64,000 bases of DNA from Candidatus Magasanikiibacteriota bacterium (GCA_021648085.1 JAKITS010000001.1:682759-746758), one strand, 5' to 3'; counted from the stretch's first letter, positions 1 to 10,428 are shown. Translations and numbers: made by a program. The notes: generated by a model from the letters alone, not told the origin.

Positions 1-149
1 TTCAAAAGACAGCTTTCAAAATATTTACAAACACACATTAGTTTGTAGAAAACCTATAACCCACTTTTGAAAAGTGGGTTTTTTATTGACAAAAATATAA
101 AAATAATGTAAGCTTGAGCTGTCCAAAAAAAAAAAGAAACGGAGAAAAA

Positions 150-770
150 ATGCCTAGAAAAGGTCCAAAACAATTTTTTTCAAAACAGTTCATTTTAAAA
201 AAAGGAAAAGTTTCTCTTGGTATTACTGTAAACTTTAGTATAAAATACAAAACAGGAGAAGTATCATCACTATTCTTCGTACCATTTATTGGAATAGAGA
301 AAGAAATTACTTTTAACGGTGAAAAAATTACAAGATTTGTAAAACTTCTAGGAAAAGAAAGTTTGGAATACTACTATATTGTCGAAATTTATAGAGTCTG
401 GAGAATTCTTTGTTTAGTAAAAGGAATACATATTATCAACTCACCTCTTATAGTTCTACTCGAGCAAATGCTTGAAGAAAAATGTGCTTTAAAAAATATT
501 TTAAATGTCCTCCCAAAAGAAGTGACCGAGGTGGAATTAAAAAGAGTACTAGTTGAATTACCAAAAGACTTAGAAATTGATACTTCTATGTATAAATTTG
601 GCAGATTGTCTGATTTTGTAATTACAGATCCAAAAAATAAACCGAAGTTCCTATCTGTGAGTATTCCACAAAAATCAGACCTCTCATACTCTTACGGACT
701 AAATCGAGGTTTGGTAGACATAACAAATACAGGAAAAATAAAAACAACAAATAAAACTACCTGTTACTAA
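150..770 (+). CDS. Hypothetical orphan protein; start moved to ATG 150
   Basis: TTGACA at 86, GGAG at 141, hairpin plus T-run after the stop; no family recognised. Confidence 0.6.
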   Translation: MPRKGPKQFFSKQFILKKGKVSLGITVNFSIKYKTGEVSSLFFVPFIGIEKEITFNGEKITRFVKLLGKESLEYYYIVEIYRVWRILCLVKGIHIINSPLIVLLEQMLEEKCALKNILNVLPKEVTEVELKRVLVELPKDLEIDTSMYKFGRLSDFVITDPKNKPKFLSVSIPQKSDLSYSYGLNRGLVDITNTGKIKTTNKTTCY

Positions 771-897
771 AAACAAAACGGACCACAATAATGTCCGTTT
801 TTTTATTTTACTATTTATACTTTTCACTTGACAAAACAAACAAAATAAGTTATTATTTAAATAGATTGGCCAGAGGCCTTTTTTAAATAGAAAAAAT

Positions 898-1089
898 ATG
901 TTAAAAGCAATCAAAAAGCTAAAAAAATACCTTATTGACTCAAGTCGTGAAATGAAAAAAGTGACTTGGCCAACAAAAAAACAAACTAAAAACTACACTA
1001 TTATTGTAATAGCGCTTAGTCTTGGAATTATGATTTTCTTTGCTATTTTAGATTACTTATTCGACATTATTTTAAAAACAATTATTTAA
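898..1089 (+). CDS. secE: Preprotein translocase subunit SecE
   Basis: EMKKVTWPT motif, one TM helix, directly upstream of nusG. Confidence 0.95.
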   Translation: MLKAIKKLKKYLIDSSREMKKVTWPTKKQTKNYTIIVIALSLGIMIFFAILDYLFDIILKTII

Positions 1090-1095
1090 TTTTTT

Positions 1096-1644
1096 ATGGC
1101 AAAACAAACCCTAGACCTTGGTCGCAGATGGTATGTATTACACACATATAGCGGATACGAGGAAAATGTAAAAAGAAACCTAGAGCAAAGAGCAGAGTCT
1201 TTTGATATGGGCGACAAAATTTTTGGTGTTTTGATTCCAAAAGAAAAGAAAATTAAAATTAAAGGTGGAAAAAGAAATGTAATTGAAGAAAAGATTTTTC
1301 CAGGATATGTCTTGGTAGAAATGATCGTGACAGATGATTCTTGGTATGTTGTAAGAAATACACCAAATGTCACTGGTTTTGTTGGTTCTGGTACTACCCC
1401 TACTCCAATTGACCCATCGGAGGTAAAATCACTTCAAAAGAGAATGGATGTGGAAGATCCTACACACAAAATTGATGTTAATGTAGACGATTCTGTAAAA
1501 ATTACAGATGGGCCATTTAAAAATTTCGAAGGAAAAGTTAGTGAAGTCGATGAAACACGAGGTAAAGTTAAAGTTCTTGTTAGTATGTTTGGAAGAGAGA
1601 CACCAGTTGAGCTAGACGCACTACAAATTAAAAAAAGTAACTAA
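1096..1644 (+). CDS. nusG: Transcription termination/antitermination factor NusG
   Basis: WYVLHTYSGYE, FPGYVLVEM, KOW domain, MFGRETPVEL. Confidence 0.98.
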   Translation: MAKQTLDLGRRWYVLHTYSGYEENVKRNLEQRAESFDMGDKIFGVLIPKEKKIKIKGGKRNVIEEKIFPGYVLVEMIVTDDSWYVVRNTPNVTGFVGSGTTPTPIDPSEVKSLQKRMDVEDPTHKIDVNVDDSVKITDGPFKNFEGKVSEVDETRGKVKVLVSMFGRETPVELDALQIKKSN

Positions 1645-1707
1645 ATTAATAAAAAGTTGAAAGACGAGAGCTTCTGAAGTCTGAAAACCGAAAATAATAT
1701 ACCAAAT

Positions 1708-2133
1708 ATGGCAAAGAAAGTATTATCACAAATAAAATTACAAATTAAAGGTGGAGCAGCAAACCCTGCGCCTCCAGTTGGGCCAGCATTGGGACAACAT
1801 GGATTAAATATCCAAGAATTCTGTACTCAATTTAACAACGCAACAGCAGACAGAAAAGGAGAAATTGTGCCTGTTATTATAGATGTTTACGAAGATAGAT
1901 CTTTTAGTTTTATTACAAAAGTTGCCCCAGCAAGCGCACTAATAAAACAAACCTTAAAACTAAAAAGTGGTTCAAGTAACCCTTTGAAAGATAAAGTAGC
2001 CAAATTGAGTAATGCTCAATTAAAAGAAATCGCAGAAAAGAAAATGCCAGACTTGAACACAAATGATGTAAACCAAGCAATGAAAATTATTGCTGGGACT
2101 GCGAGACAAATGGGTATTGAAACAGAAATCTAA
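1708..2133 (+). CDS. rplK: 50S ribosomal protein L11
   Basis: [30 protein letters not shown]. Confidence 0.98.
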   Translation: MAKKVLSQIKLQIKGGAANPAPPVGPALGQHGLNIQEFCTQFNNATADRKGEIVPVIIDVYEDRSFSFITKVAPASALIKQTLKLKSGSSNPLKDKVAKLSNAQLKEIAEKKMPDLNTNDVNQAMKIIAGTARQMGIETEI

Positions 2134-2148
2134 AATAAAAGATACACC

Positions 2149-2183
2149 TAACAAAAACTCGCCAAAATAGGTGAGTTTTTGTT
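2149..2183. terminator. Intrinsic terminator after rplK
   Basis: AAAAACTCGCC-AAAATA-GGTGAGTTTTT hairpin. Confidence 0.75.
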
Positions 2184-2227
2184 ATACTACATAATTATAA
2201 TATATATAGCACAATAAAATAAAAAAT

Positions 2228-2665
2228 ATGGCAAAAAATAATTCATCCGCAAAAGATATAATTAGAAAAATTTATTTCTATGCAGTACTTTTGGCAGGGC
2301 TTATGATGATGGTAATCCCTGGAATAGATATGACGAAAATAGCTCTGGAAACATGGGTTTTCCCAGATGTTGCACAAGAAAACTATAGTTACGAAAAAAT
2401 GCCAATTCGTCCTTTTATTTCTGATACAAAACTTAAAATAATAGAAAACGATGGTGAAATTAAACTAACAGAAGACGAAAAAAGAATGCTAGACGAATGG
2501 AAAATTCAACATACAGTTTGGCAAGAAAAACAAGAAAATAAAAATTTTGCAAAAATTAATATGCAAAGATCTTTGGTAAGAGATATTCCAACAATGGCAG
2601 CTGGAATAATCCTATTTTTTAGTCACGGTTACATATTGAGAAAAGATAAAAATAAAAAAGTTTAA
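2228..2665 (+). CDS. Hypothetical membrane protein with two TM segments
   Basis: Hydrophobic N- and C-terminal helices; 4 nt gap to the next gene. Confidence 0.7.
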   Translation: MAKNNSSAKDIIRKIYFYAVLLAGLMMMVIPGIDMTKIALETWVFPDVAQENYSYEKMPIRPFISDTKLKIIENDGEIKLTEDEKRMLDEWKIQHTVWQEKQENKNFAKINMQRSLVRDIPTMAAGIILFFSHGYILRKDKNKKV

Positions 2666-2669
2666 ATAT

Positions 2670-3722
2670 ATGTTAAAAAAATTAAACTGCTCATTTTTTG
2701 GAGTAATGACAAGTTTTACAAAATACCTAAAAACTCAACTTAAAAGTCATAAGATAACGGTTGTTAGTAAAATTATAGATATAGAAAAGTTAGATAAAAA
2801 AACAGAAGTTTTAGGCGTTTTTGTAGATTCAAAAGTAGATAAAGAAGTTTTTCAAAATTTACCAAACCTAAAATTAATTGTCACAATGTCCACTGGTTTT
2901 GACCATATAGATTTGGCAGAGGCAAAAAAGCGTAAAATTCCTGTCTGTAATGTGCCGACTTATGGTGAAAATACTGTTGCAGAACATACTATTTCTTTGA
3001 TTCTTGCGCTTTCTCGCCAACTTTTTCACTCTATAGACCGAGTAAAAGAAGGTAATTATGATTATCACGGATTGCGTGGTTTTGACATAAAAGGAAAGAC
3101 AATTGGTGTTATTGGAACTGGTCATATTGGTCAACATGTTATAAAAAGACTAGCTGGTTTTGAAGCTGAAATTATTGCTTTTGATTTATTTCCAAAACCA
3201 GAATTAGAAACTGACTTCAATTTTCGTTATGTAAAAAAACTAGACGAATTATTAAAAAAATCTGATATAATTACACTACATCTTCCACTATTTCCAGAGA
3301 CTTACCACCTCATAAATAAGAAAAACATTAAAAAAATTAAAAAAGGAGCTTATATTATAAACACAGCTCGCGGTGGACTTGTCGAACCAGAAGCTTTGGT
3401 TTGGGGATTGGAGAGTGGTAGAATTGCTGGTGCTGGTTTGGATGTTTTGGAAGATGAACAAATTGCAAAAGACCCATCAAATATTTTTTATTCAGAAACC
3501 GGTGAGCGTGGTGGACTAAGTATGAATATGATAAAAGACGAAAAAGTGATCAAAAACAGTCTTTTAAATAATATGCTGATAGATCACCCAAATGTAATTA
3601 TCACACCTCACAATGCTTTTAATAGCACAGAAGCAATAGAGAGAATAATAAACACCACAGCCGAAAACATAGACTCATTTGCCAATGGAAAAGTCATAAA
3701 TGATGTAACAAAGAAAAAATAA
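2670..3722 (+). CDS. D-isomer-specific 2-hydroxyacid dehydrogenase (D-lactate dehydrogenase-like)
   Basis: STGFDHID, GVIGTGHIG Rossmann motif, INTARGGLV, GLDV, TPHNAF. Confidence 0.9.
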   Translation: MLKKLNCSFFGVMTSFTKYLKTQLKSHKITVVSKIIDIEKLDKKTEVLGVFVDSKVDKEVFQNLPNLKLIVTMSTGFDHIDLAEAKKRKIPVCNVPTYGENTVAEHTISLILALSRQLFHSIDRVKEGNYDYHGLRGFDIKGKTIGVIGTGHIGQHVIKRLAGFEAEIIAFDLFPKPELETDFNFRYVKKLDELLKKSDIITLHLPLFPETYHLINKKNIKKIKKGAYIINTARGGLVEPEALVWGLESGRIAGAGLDVLEDEQIAKDPSNIFYSETGERGGLSMNMIKDEKVIKNSLLNNMLIDHPNVIITPHNAFNSTEAIERIINTTAENIDSFANGKVINDVTKKK

Positions 3723-3781
3723 GAATTTAACATTAAAAAAACCTCTTTCATAAAAGAGGTTTTTTGTTTTGTCTATTATAT

Positions 3782-3859
3782 TCAACTTGATTAAAAATCT
3801 AATTTGAATCACTGTATTATTTTAGAAACTCTAGATTCCCGATCAAGCTGGGAATGACG
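3782..3859. repeat. Degenerate REP/MITE-like element, family A
   Basis: TCAACTTGATT...TAGATTCCCGATCAAGCTGGGAATGAC; similar to copies at 19613 and 27616. Confidence 0.6.
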
Positions 3860-4002
3860 CTATAGGGATTTTTAATTAATTATCTGTATCTTATTTTAGT
3901 TAACCTGCTTAATTGTTAATTTACTATCTTTCTTGCTTGACAAAAGGGCTTTTTTGTGATATTGTATTATGATTATAAGGGTTCATTTTCAAGGAGGAAA
4001 AA

Positions 4003-4308
4003 GTGGAAAAAGTTCAGTGGTTTGTGTATAGAAATGGAGTTTTTGTAGGAAGTACACACGCTGTTTCAGAAAAACAGGCGTGTGCCAATGTAATTTTCCG
4101 AAGCTTTGGAAAAGACCAAAGTGAAAGAAAATACCTGGCTGCTTTTCTCGCAAAAGCAACGCCTAAAATTACAAAAAGACCAGCAAAGTTTCAACACCAG
4201 TTACGAGCTGGATTTTGCACAAACTGTAAATACAGCGAAAATCGCGTGGGTATTCTTTGCCCAAACTGCGAAGAAGTTGATTTGCAACAAACAAGGAGAA
4301 GAAAATAA
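4003..4308 (+). CDS. Orphan protein with C-terminal Zn-ribbon (CxxC...CxxC)
   Basis: TTGACA 3937, AAGGAGG SD, GTG start, CTNC/CPNC, terminator at about 4314-4348. Confidence 0.65.
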   Translation: MEKVQWFVYRNGVFVGSTHAVSEKQACANVIFRSFGKDQSERKYLAAFLAKATPKITKRPAKFQHQLRAGFCTNCKYSENRVGILCPNCEEVDLQQTRRRK

Positions 4309-4360
4309 TATAAAAGCCCAAGTAGCAACCGCGAACGGGCTTTTTTTGTTATATTTTTTC

Positions 4361-4489
4361 CTGTCATTTCGAATTTAATAATACAAATGAGAAATTACTT
4401 AAATATTGTAATCATTAAGAACTTTACTTTTAAAATGTTTAAAAAAACCACTTGCCAGTGTGCAAATCTCACTTCATTCGAAATGACAG
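4361..4489. repeat. REP-like paired palindrome, family C
   Basis: CTGTCATTTCGAAT ... ATTCGAAATGACAG terminal inverted repeats. Confidence 0.7.
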
Positions 4490-4516
4490 AATATCAAAAT
4501 TATTAATTTCCTACTA

Positions 4517-4603
4517 TTGACAAAATCAAAGAATTCTGGTATTATTAGACCATAATTTATATGTGGGAGCTTAGTCTTCAAAAATGCTAAGCGCTAATAC
4601 CAC
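4517..4603 (+). promoter_or_regulatory. rplA promoter and L1-binding autoregulatory leader
   Basis: TTGACA-17-TATTAT at 4517-4545; GTGGGAG-CTTAG...CTAAG...ACCAC at 4563-4603 fits the L1 mRNA site architecture. Confidence 0.75.
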
Positions 4604-4617
4604 TTACGACAAAAAAT

Positions 4618-5298
4618 ATGTCAAAAAGAATGCAAGAATTATCAGAAAAGATCGATAAAACAAAAGTTTACACAATAGAAGAAGCTGTTGCTTTAGTAAA
4701 GGAAACTAGCAATGTAAAATTTGATGCTTCGGTAGAAGTTCACACAAACTTAGGAATTAATCCTAAAAAAAGTGATCAGCAAATTCGTACCACAATGACA
4801 CTTCCTCACGGAACTGGAAAAACAAAGAAAATTGCAGCTTTTGTAGGACCAAACGATGAAGCAGAGGCAAAAGAAGCTGGAGCTGACTTTATCTATGGAG
4901 AAGAAGAAATTCAAAAAATTAAAACTAGTGGAAAAATTGAATTTGAAGTAGCTATCTCAACACCAGAAATGATGCCAAAACTGGCAATGGTTGCTCGTGT
5001 TTTGGGACCACGTGGACTTATGCCAAATCCAAAAACTGGAACAGTTGGACCAAATGTAAAAGAAATGATTGCAGACCTTAAAAAAGGTAAAGTTTCTTTC
5101 AAAAATGACGATACTTCAAACATACACCAAACAATTGGTAAAGTAAGTTTTGACGATACCAAAATAGTTGAAAACTTCAACTACTTTATGGAAACTTTAA
5201 AAAAAGTTAAACCAACATCCTCAAAAGGTACATATATAAAATCTTTATATATTACGAGTAGCATGGGGCCAAGTATAAAAGTTGAAAGTCCGCTTTAA
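4618..5298 (+). CDS. rplA: 50S ribosomal protein L1
   Basis: KFDASVE, LPHGTGK, LGPRGLMPNPKTGTV, SSMGP. Confidence 0.98.
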   Translation: MSKRMQELSEKIDKTKVYTIEEAVALVKETSNVKFDASVEVHTNLGINPKKSDQQIRTTMTLPHGTGKTKKIAAFVGPNDEAEAKEAGADFIYGEEEIQKIKTSGKIEFEVAISTPEMMPKLAMVARVLGPRGLMPNPKTGTVGPNVKEMIADLKKGKVSFKNDDTSNIHQTIGKVSFDDTKIVENFNYFMETLKKVKPTSSKGTYIKSLYITSSMGPSIKVESPL

Positions 5299-5390
5299 AA
5301 CTATAAGTATCTAATTAAAAACTTGAAAAAAAGAACTTCTTGTGATAATATCCAAGAAGTTCTTTTTATTTGCCAACGGAGATCCGCATT

Positions 5391-5933
5391 GTGAAAAAAA
5401 TAATCAAAGAAATTCGAGAAAATGGTAGTTTAATTGCAATACATAAATGGAGAAAAAATAATCCAGAAAAAAAACTAGATTTCTCTGGAATGGATTTGTC
5501 TGGTTTAAATTTTGAGTCTGCAGAGCTACAAAATACAAATTTTTCTGGAGCAAATTTAAGAAATATCTGTTTTAACAATACAAACTTACTTAATGCAGAC
5601 CTTTCAAATACAGATTGCACAAATGCAAGTTTTATTGGTGCAGAATTAATGAATGTAAACGCAAAATACGCAATTTTTGAAAATACAGATTTTAGCAATT
5701 CCAATCCAATGAATATGTATAACAAAGCATACGCAATTTGGGCTCGCGCAAAATTTAATAATAAGTATCAAGCAAATCAAATTCTAGTTTTTATAATGTC
5801 TTCGTGGCTTGCGAACAATCCATTGCTAAAAATTTTTGTATCATACAATCATTTTGAAAAAGAAGGTAGTAGGTATGACCCCGAAAAACAAAAAAGTTTT
5901 CTAACAAAATTAAAAAGTATATTTAGAAGATAA
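5391..5933 (+). CDS. Pentapeptide-repeat protein; GTG start after GGAG
   Basis: Repeats of the A(N/D)(L/F)xx type: ANLRN, ADLSN, ASFIG, TDFSN. Confidence 0.8.
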   Translation: MKKIIKEIRENGSLIAIHKWRKNNPEKKLDFSGMDLSGLNFESAELQNTNFSGANLRNICFNNTNLLNADLSNTDCTNASFIGAELMNVNAKYAIFENTDFSNSNPMNMYNKAYAIWARAKFNNKYQANQILVFIMSSWLANNPLLKIFVSYNHFEKEGSRYDPEKQKSFLTKLKSIFRR

Positions 5934-6037
5934 AAACCAAAAACACTGTTAAAATCAGTGTTTTTTAATTTGACGGTTTAGATAAGTTTGATAAACTATA
6001 CAAACTAATAGCTTTATTTTAAAGTAATAAAATAAAT

Positions 6038-6532
6038 ATGGAAGAAAAAAATAGATATATAAGACCTAGCTGGGACGAATATTTTATGGATATTGCAAAA
6101 GCTGTGGCAACAAGAGCGACTTGCGATAGAGGAAGGTCTGGCTGTGTAATCGCAAAGGATAAGCAAATTTTAGTGACAGGCTATGTTGGCTCTCCACGCA
6201 GTATTCCTCATTGCGACGAAATTGGACATCAATTTAAAACTATAATTCACGAAGATGGAAGTCAGAGTCAACATTGTTTGCGCACAACTCACGCAGAGCA
6301 AAATGCTATAGTTCAAGCTGCAAAAAGAGGTGTGGCGATTGAAAACGCAACACTTTACTGCAAAATGACACCGTGTTCTACTTGCGCTAAAATGATTATA
6401 AATTCTGGTATAAAAAAAGTTGTTTGTGAGAAAAAATATCACCGCGGTGCAGAAAGCGAAGATATGTTTAGGCGTGTTGGAATTTCACTAAATTACTTCG
6501 AAGAAACAGTAGAAAAATATGACAAACAATAA
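6038..6532 (+). CDS. dCMP deaminase (ComEB family)
   Basis: RPSWDEYFM, HAEQNA, PCSTC zinc motifs. Confidence 0.93.
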   Translation: MEEKNRYIRPSWDEYFMDIAKAVATRATCDRGRSGCVIAKDKQILVTGYVGSPRSIPHCDEIGHQFKTIIHEDGSQSQHCLRTTHAEQNAIVQAAKRGVAIENATLYCKMTPCSTCAKMIINSGIKKVVCEKKYHRGAESEDMFRRVGISLNYFEETVEKYDKQ

Positions 6533-7085
6533 AATAATTTTAGGATTTACTGGTTTTATTGCTAGTGGAAAAGGAACCGCAGCAGAATATTTAAAAGAAA
6601 AATACAATGCGCCGTCTTACAGATTTTCTACAATGCTTCGTGATATTTTAGATAGGATTTATGTAGAAAAAAATAGAGACAATCTCATAAAAACTTCAGA
6701 ATTTATTAGAAGTACTTTTGGTGAAGATGTGATGGCTAAAACACTTGGAAAAGATGTGGAAAACGACTCAAGTAATACAATAGTAGTTGACGGAATTCGT
6801 AGAATGGCCGATATTGAATACCTAACAAAAATGTCTGGTTTTGTGTTAATTCATATCGATGCAAATCCAAAAATTCGCTACGAGAGATTGGTAAAAAGAT
6901 CTGAAAATACAGACGACCAATCTAAAACTTACGAAGACTTTTTAGCAGACCACGAAAGATCTACAGAAATTAGTATTCGTGAAGTTGCAAAGCAGGCTAT
7001 GGAAAAAATTGAAAACAGTGGAAATTTTGAAGAATTAAACAAGCAAATAGATAATATTATAAAAAAATATGGAGGTCAAAATTAA
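6519..7085 (+). CDS. P-loop nucleotide monophosphate kinase-like protein (dNMP/dephospho-CoA kinase-like)
   Basis: GFIASGKGT P-loop, VVDGIR; lies in the thymidylate operon. Confidence 0.75.
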   Translation: MTNNKIILGFTGFIASGKGTAAEYLKEKYNAPSYRFSTMLRDILDRIYVEKNRDNLIKTSEFIRSTFGEDVMAKTLGKDVENDSSNTIVVDGIRRMADIEYLTKMSGFVLIHIDANPKIRYERLVKRSENTDDQSKTYEDFLADHERSTEISIREVAKQAMEKIENSGNFEELNKQIDNIIKKYGGQN

Positions 7086-7497
7086 AAGAGTTGACAAATC
7101 ACTTCCACTTCCCCACTATCAAACTAAAGGGTCTGTTGCTTTTGATATTTATACACGAAAAGATATTTCAATTGAACCAAAAGAAATAAAAATGGCTCCA
7201 AGCAATTTGATTATTGAGACTCCACAAAATTTCATGCTTGTAATTGCAGCACGCTCTAGTCTACAGAAAAGAAGTTTAATGCTTGCAAATAATGTAGGAA
7301 TAGTTGATCAAGATTATTGTGGAGAAAATGACGAGATAAGCACAGCACTTTATAATTTTGGAAATGAAACCGTAGAAATTAAAGCAGGCGAAAGAATTGC
7401 ACAAGGAATTTTTGTGCCAATTGTGAAAGTAAACTGGCAAGAAGTTGATAAAATGTCTAACAATAATAGAGGTGGTTTTGGTTCAACAGGAATTTAA
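7069..7497 (+). CDS. dut: dUTP diphosphatase
   Basis: ARSS, GIVDQDYCG, ERIAQ, RGGFGSTG. Confidence 0.96.
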   Translation: MEVKIKRVDKSLPLPHYQTKGSVAFDIYTRKDISIEPKEIKMAPSNLIIETPQNFMLVIAARSSLQKRSLMLANNVGIVDQDYCGENDEISTALYNFGNETVEIKAGERIAQGIFVPIVKVNWQEVDKMSNNNRGGFGSTGI

Positions 7498-7503
7498 AAA
7501 ATT

Positions 7504-8376
7504 ATGAAACAATATTTAGATATAGTAAAAAATGTATTGGAAAATGGAGAAAAAAAGGAAAACAGAACAGGAGTGGATACTATTGCGGTTGCTGGAGCTT
7601 TTTTCCAGCACGATATGTCCAAAGGTTTTCCAATGTTGACAACAAAAAGAGTACCTATCAGACTTGTCTCTAGTGAATTGGAATTTTTTATAAAAGGATT
7701 GACAGACAAACAGTGGTTGCAAGATAGAAACAACCACATTTGGGACGAATGGGCTTACCCAAAAAAAGCACCGTACGGACATAGCGAAGAAGCAAAGAAG
7801 AAAATGCGAGAAGAAAGAGATTTGGGTGCAATTTATGGATTTCAGTGGAGAAATTTCAATGCTCCGTACGACCACCACACCAGCGATTATTCTGGAAAAG
7901 GTGTAGATCAACTTAAAAATGTAGTTGACAAACTAAAAACAAACCCACATGACCGCAGAATGATAGTGTCGGCTTGGAATCCTACAATGATAAATGAAAT
8001 GGCTCTTCCGCCTTGCCACTATGCTTTTCAAGTGACAGTGATAAACGGAAAATTAAATCTACTCTGGAATCAGCGTTCTGTGGATGTTATGCTTGGGCTT
8101 CCTTTTAATATTGCGAGTTATGCCTTACTATTACATTTGCTCGCCAAAGAATCTGGTTTTGAAGAAGGTCGTCTAATTGGGTTTTTGGCAGATACTCATA
8201 TTTATGAAAATCATATAAATGGAGCAAAAGAACAATTAACACGCGATGTAACTAAATTCCAATTACCAAAAATAGAAACAGAAAATTTTTCATCTATTTT
8301 TGACTGGCAGTATACAGATACAAAACTTTCCAACTACCAAAGTTATCCACGAATTAAATTTGATATAGCAGTTTAA
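7504..8376 (+). CDS. thyA: Thymidylate synthase
   Basis: RTG, YGFQWR, ALPPCH, QRSVD, PFNIASY, HIYENH. Confidence 0.98.
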   Translation: MKQYLDIVKNVLENGEKKENRTGVDTIAVAGAFFQHDMSKGFPMLTTKRVPIRLVSSELEFFIKGLTDKQWLQDRNNHIWDEWAYPKKAPYGHSEEAKKKMREERDLGAIYGFQWRNFNAPYDHHTSDYSGKGVDQLKNVVDKLKTNPHDRRMIVSAWNPTMINEMALPPCHYAFQVTVINGKLNLLWNQRSVDVMLGLPFNIASYALLLHLLAKESGFEEGRLIGFLADTHIYENHINGAKEQLTRDVTKFQLPKIETENFSSIFDWQYTDTKLSNYQSYPRIKFDIAV

Positions 8377-8377
8377 T

Positions 8378-8848
8378 ATGATCGCATTAATGTCAGCCGT
8401 AAGTGAAAACAATTGTATAGGAGTAAGTGGTGATTTGCCGTGGAATATTCCTGGAGATATGAAATTATTCAAAAAATATACAACAGGAAATGTGGTAATA
8501 ATGGGGCGAAAAACTTGGGAATCTCTACCAGAAAAATTTCGCCCACTTCCAAACAGAAAAAATATTATAATAACTAGGCAACCAGATTATAAAGCACCAG
8601 AAGAGGTGGCGGTTTATTCTGATATCAAAAAAGCTATACAAGCTCACAAAAATGAAAAAGTTTTTATAATTGGCGGTGGCGAAATTTACAAACAGTCTAT
8701 AGATTTGGCCGATACACTTTATATCACAAAAGTTCACCGAACAATAGATGTGTGCGATACTTTTTTCCCAAAAATAGACGAGACAAAATGGAAAATAACA
8801 GAAGAAGAAAAAATGGGAGAAATTTCTTTTTTAACTTATGAAAAATAA
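8378..8848 (+). CDS. folA: Dihydrofolate reductase
   Basis: LPW, VIMGRKTWES, RPLPNR, IIGGGEIY, DTFFP. Confidence 0.97.
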   Translation: MIALMSAVSENNCIGVSGDLPWNIPGDMKLFKKYTTGNVVIMGRKTWESLPEKFRPLPNRKNIIITRQPDYKAPEEVAVYSDIKKAIQAHKNEKVFIIGGGEIYKQSIDLADTLYITKVHRTIDVCDTFFPKIDETKWKITEEEKMGEISFLTYEK

Positions 8849-8850
8849 TT

Positions 8851-9690
8851 ATGTCTAATAAAGACAGCTCGATCACGCTTTTTCACGAAAAACAAGTTCG
8901 CAGACATTGGAATGAAAAAGATGAACTTTGGTATTTTTCAGTTGTAGACGTTATTTCTGTTTTAACTAACTCTACAATTCCAAAAAGATATTGGAGTGAC
9001 CTAAAAAATAAATTTAAAAATGAAGGAAGTGAAGTGTACGAAAAAATCGTACGGTTCAAAATGATAGCTTCTGATAATAAAATAAGGGAAACCGACTGTT
9101 TCTCTACCCAAGATTTATTACGTGCAATCCAATCCATTCCCTCCCCAAAAGCAGAACCTTTCAAACTTTGGCTTGCAAAAGTTGGCTATGAAAGAATAGC
9201 AGAAACCGAAGATCCAGAACTTGCAATAGACCGAGCAATGCAAACCTATTTTAAAAAAGGATATTCCAAAGATTGGATAAATCAGAGAATAAAAACAATT
9301 GAAGTAAGAAAAGAATTAACAGATGAGTGGGAAGAAAGAGGAGTTCAAAAAGGAATAGAATTTGCAATTTTAACAGATGAGATTACAAAAGCTTGGTCTG
9401 GAAAATCTGTAAAACAATATAAAAAGTTTAAAAATCTTCAAAAACAGAATTTAAGAGATAGTATGACTAATTTGGAGTTGATTTTAAATATGCTTGCCGA
9501 AGCAACAACAACCGAAATATCCAAAGAAAAACAACCAAAAACTTTTTTAGAAAGTAAGGAAATCGCCAAAAAAGGTGGTGACACAGCAGGTAAAGCTAGG
9601 ATAGATATTGAAGAAAAAATAGGAAAAAGTATTATTTCCCCAAAAAATGCACACTATTTACAAAATAGTATAAATAACAAGTTGCAATAA
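8851..9690 (+). CDS. Bro-N domain (phage antirepressor-like) protein
   Basis: WYFSVVDVI, YWSDLK, IQSIPSPKAEPFKLWLA, NLRDSMT. Confidence 0.85.
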   Translation: MSNKDSSITLFHEKQVRRHWNEKDELWYFSVVDVISVLTNSTIPKRYWSDLKNKFKNEGSEVYEKIVRFKMIASDNKIRETDCFSTQDLLRAIQSIPSPKAEPFKLWLAKVGYERIAETEDPELAIDRAMQTYFKKGYSKDWINQRIKTIEVRKELTDEWEERGVQKGIEFAILTDEITKAWSGKSVKQYKKFKNLQKQNLRDSMTNLELILNMLAEATTTEISKEKQPKTFLESKEIAKKGGDTAGKARIDIEEKIGKSIISPKNAHYLQNSINNKLQ

Positions 9691-9723
9691 TTTTAACTTA
9701 ATTCTTAATCCTTTTTTAAAAAT

Positions 9724-10425
9724 ATGTTTATAATTTTAGATGGAATAGACGGCAGTGGAAAAACAACAATAATAAAAACTTGGGCTGAATATTTAGAAAA
9801 CAATGGTAAAAAAGTTTTTAATTTGATTGATTTTTGGAAAGAAAATGAAAAACACCCAAAAGCAGAAGACCTGCTTGAATATGATGTGATAATTTCTGGA
9901 GAACCAACACACGCCTGGATTGGCAAAGCTATTCGCAACGAAATAATACAAAATGGAAATGACTATACTGCAAGTGCCACAGCAAATGCATATTCATTGG
10001 ACAGATTAGTTCTTTATAAAAGAATTTTAGTTCCACTTCTAAAAGCTGGAAAAATAATTTTGCAAGACAGAAGTGTAAGCACTTCACTTTGTTATCAACC
10101 AATCCAGGGAAATGTAGATATAGATTTTGTGGCAAACTTGGAAGGAAATGCTTTTGCACTACAAAATGCTCCAGATTATTTGATAATCGCAAACCTACCC
10201 GCAAACTCTGCACTTGATAGACTTTCTACAAGATATGAAAAACAAGATAATACGATTTTTGAAAACAAACCATTTTTAGAAAAAGCACAAGCTCAGTTTT
10301 TGAATCCAGAATATCAAAAATATTTCACAGAAAAAGGAACTAAAATTGAAGTCTTGAATGTAAACACAGAAATTGCTATAATGAAAATGGATGCTTTAAA
10401 CTTACTTAAAAAAATAATGAACTAA
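9724..10425 (+). CDS. tmk: Thymidylate kinase
   Basis: GIDGSGKTT, EP, DRS..S..YQ; operon context. Confidence 0.88.
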   Translation: MFIILDGIDGSGKTTIIKTWAEYLENNGKKVFNLIDFWKENEKHPKAEDLLEYDVIISGEPTHAWIGKAIRNEIIQNGNDYTASATANAYSLDRLVLYKRILVPLLKAGKIILQDRSVSTSLCYQPIQGNVDIDFVANLEGNAFALQNAPDYLIIANLPANSALDRLSTRYEKQDNTIFENKPFLEKAQAQFLNPEYQKYFTEKGTKIEVLNVNTEIAIMKMDALNLLKKIMN

Positions 10426-10428
10426 ACT

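Noticed and set aside
770-897. tRNA-Trp upstream of secE
   Set aside because: Only a terminator and promoter are present; no cloverleaf or T-loop motif
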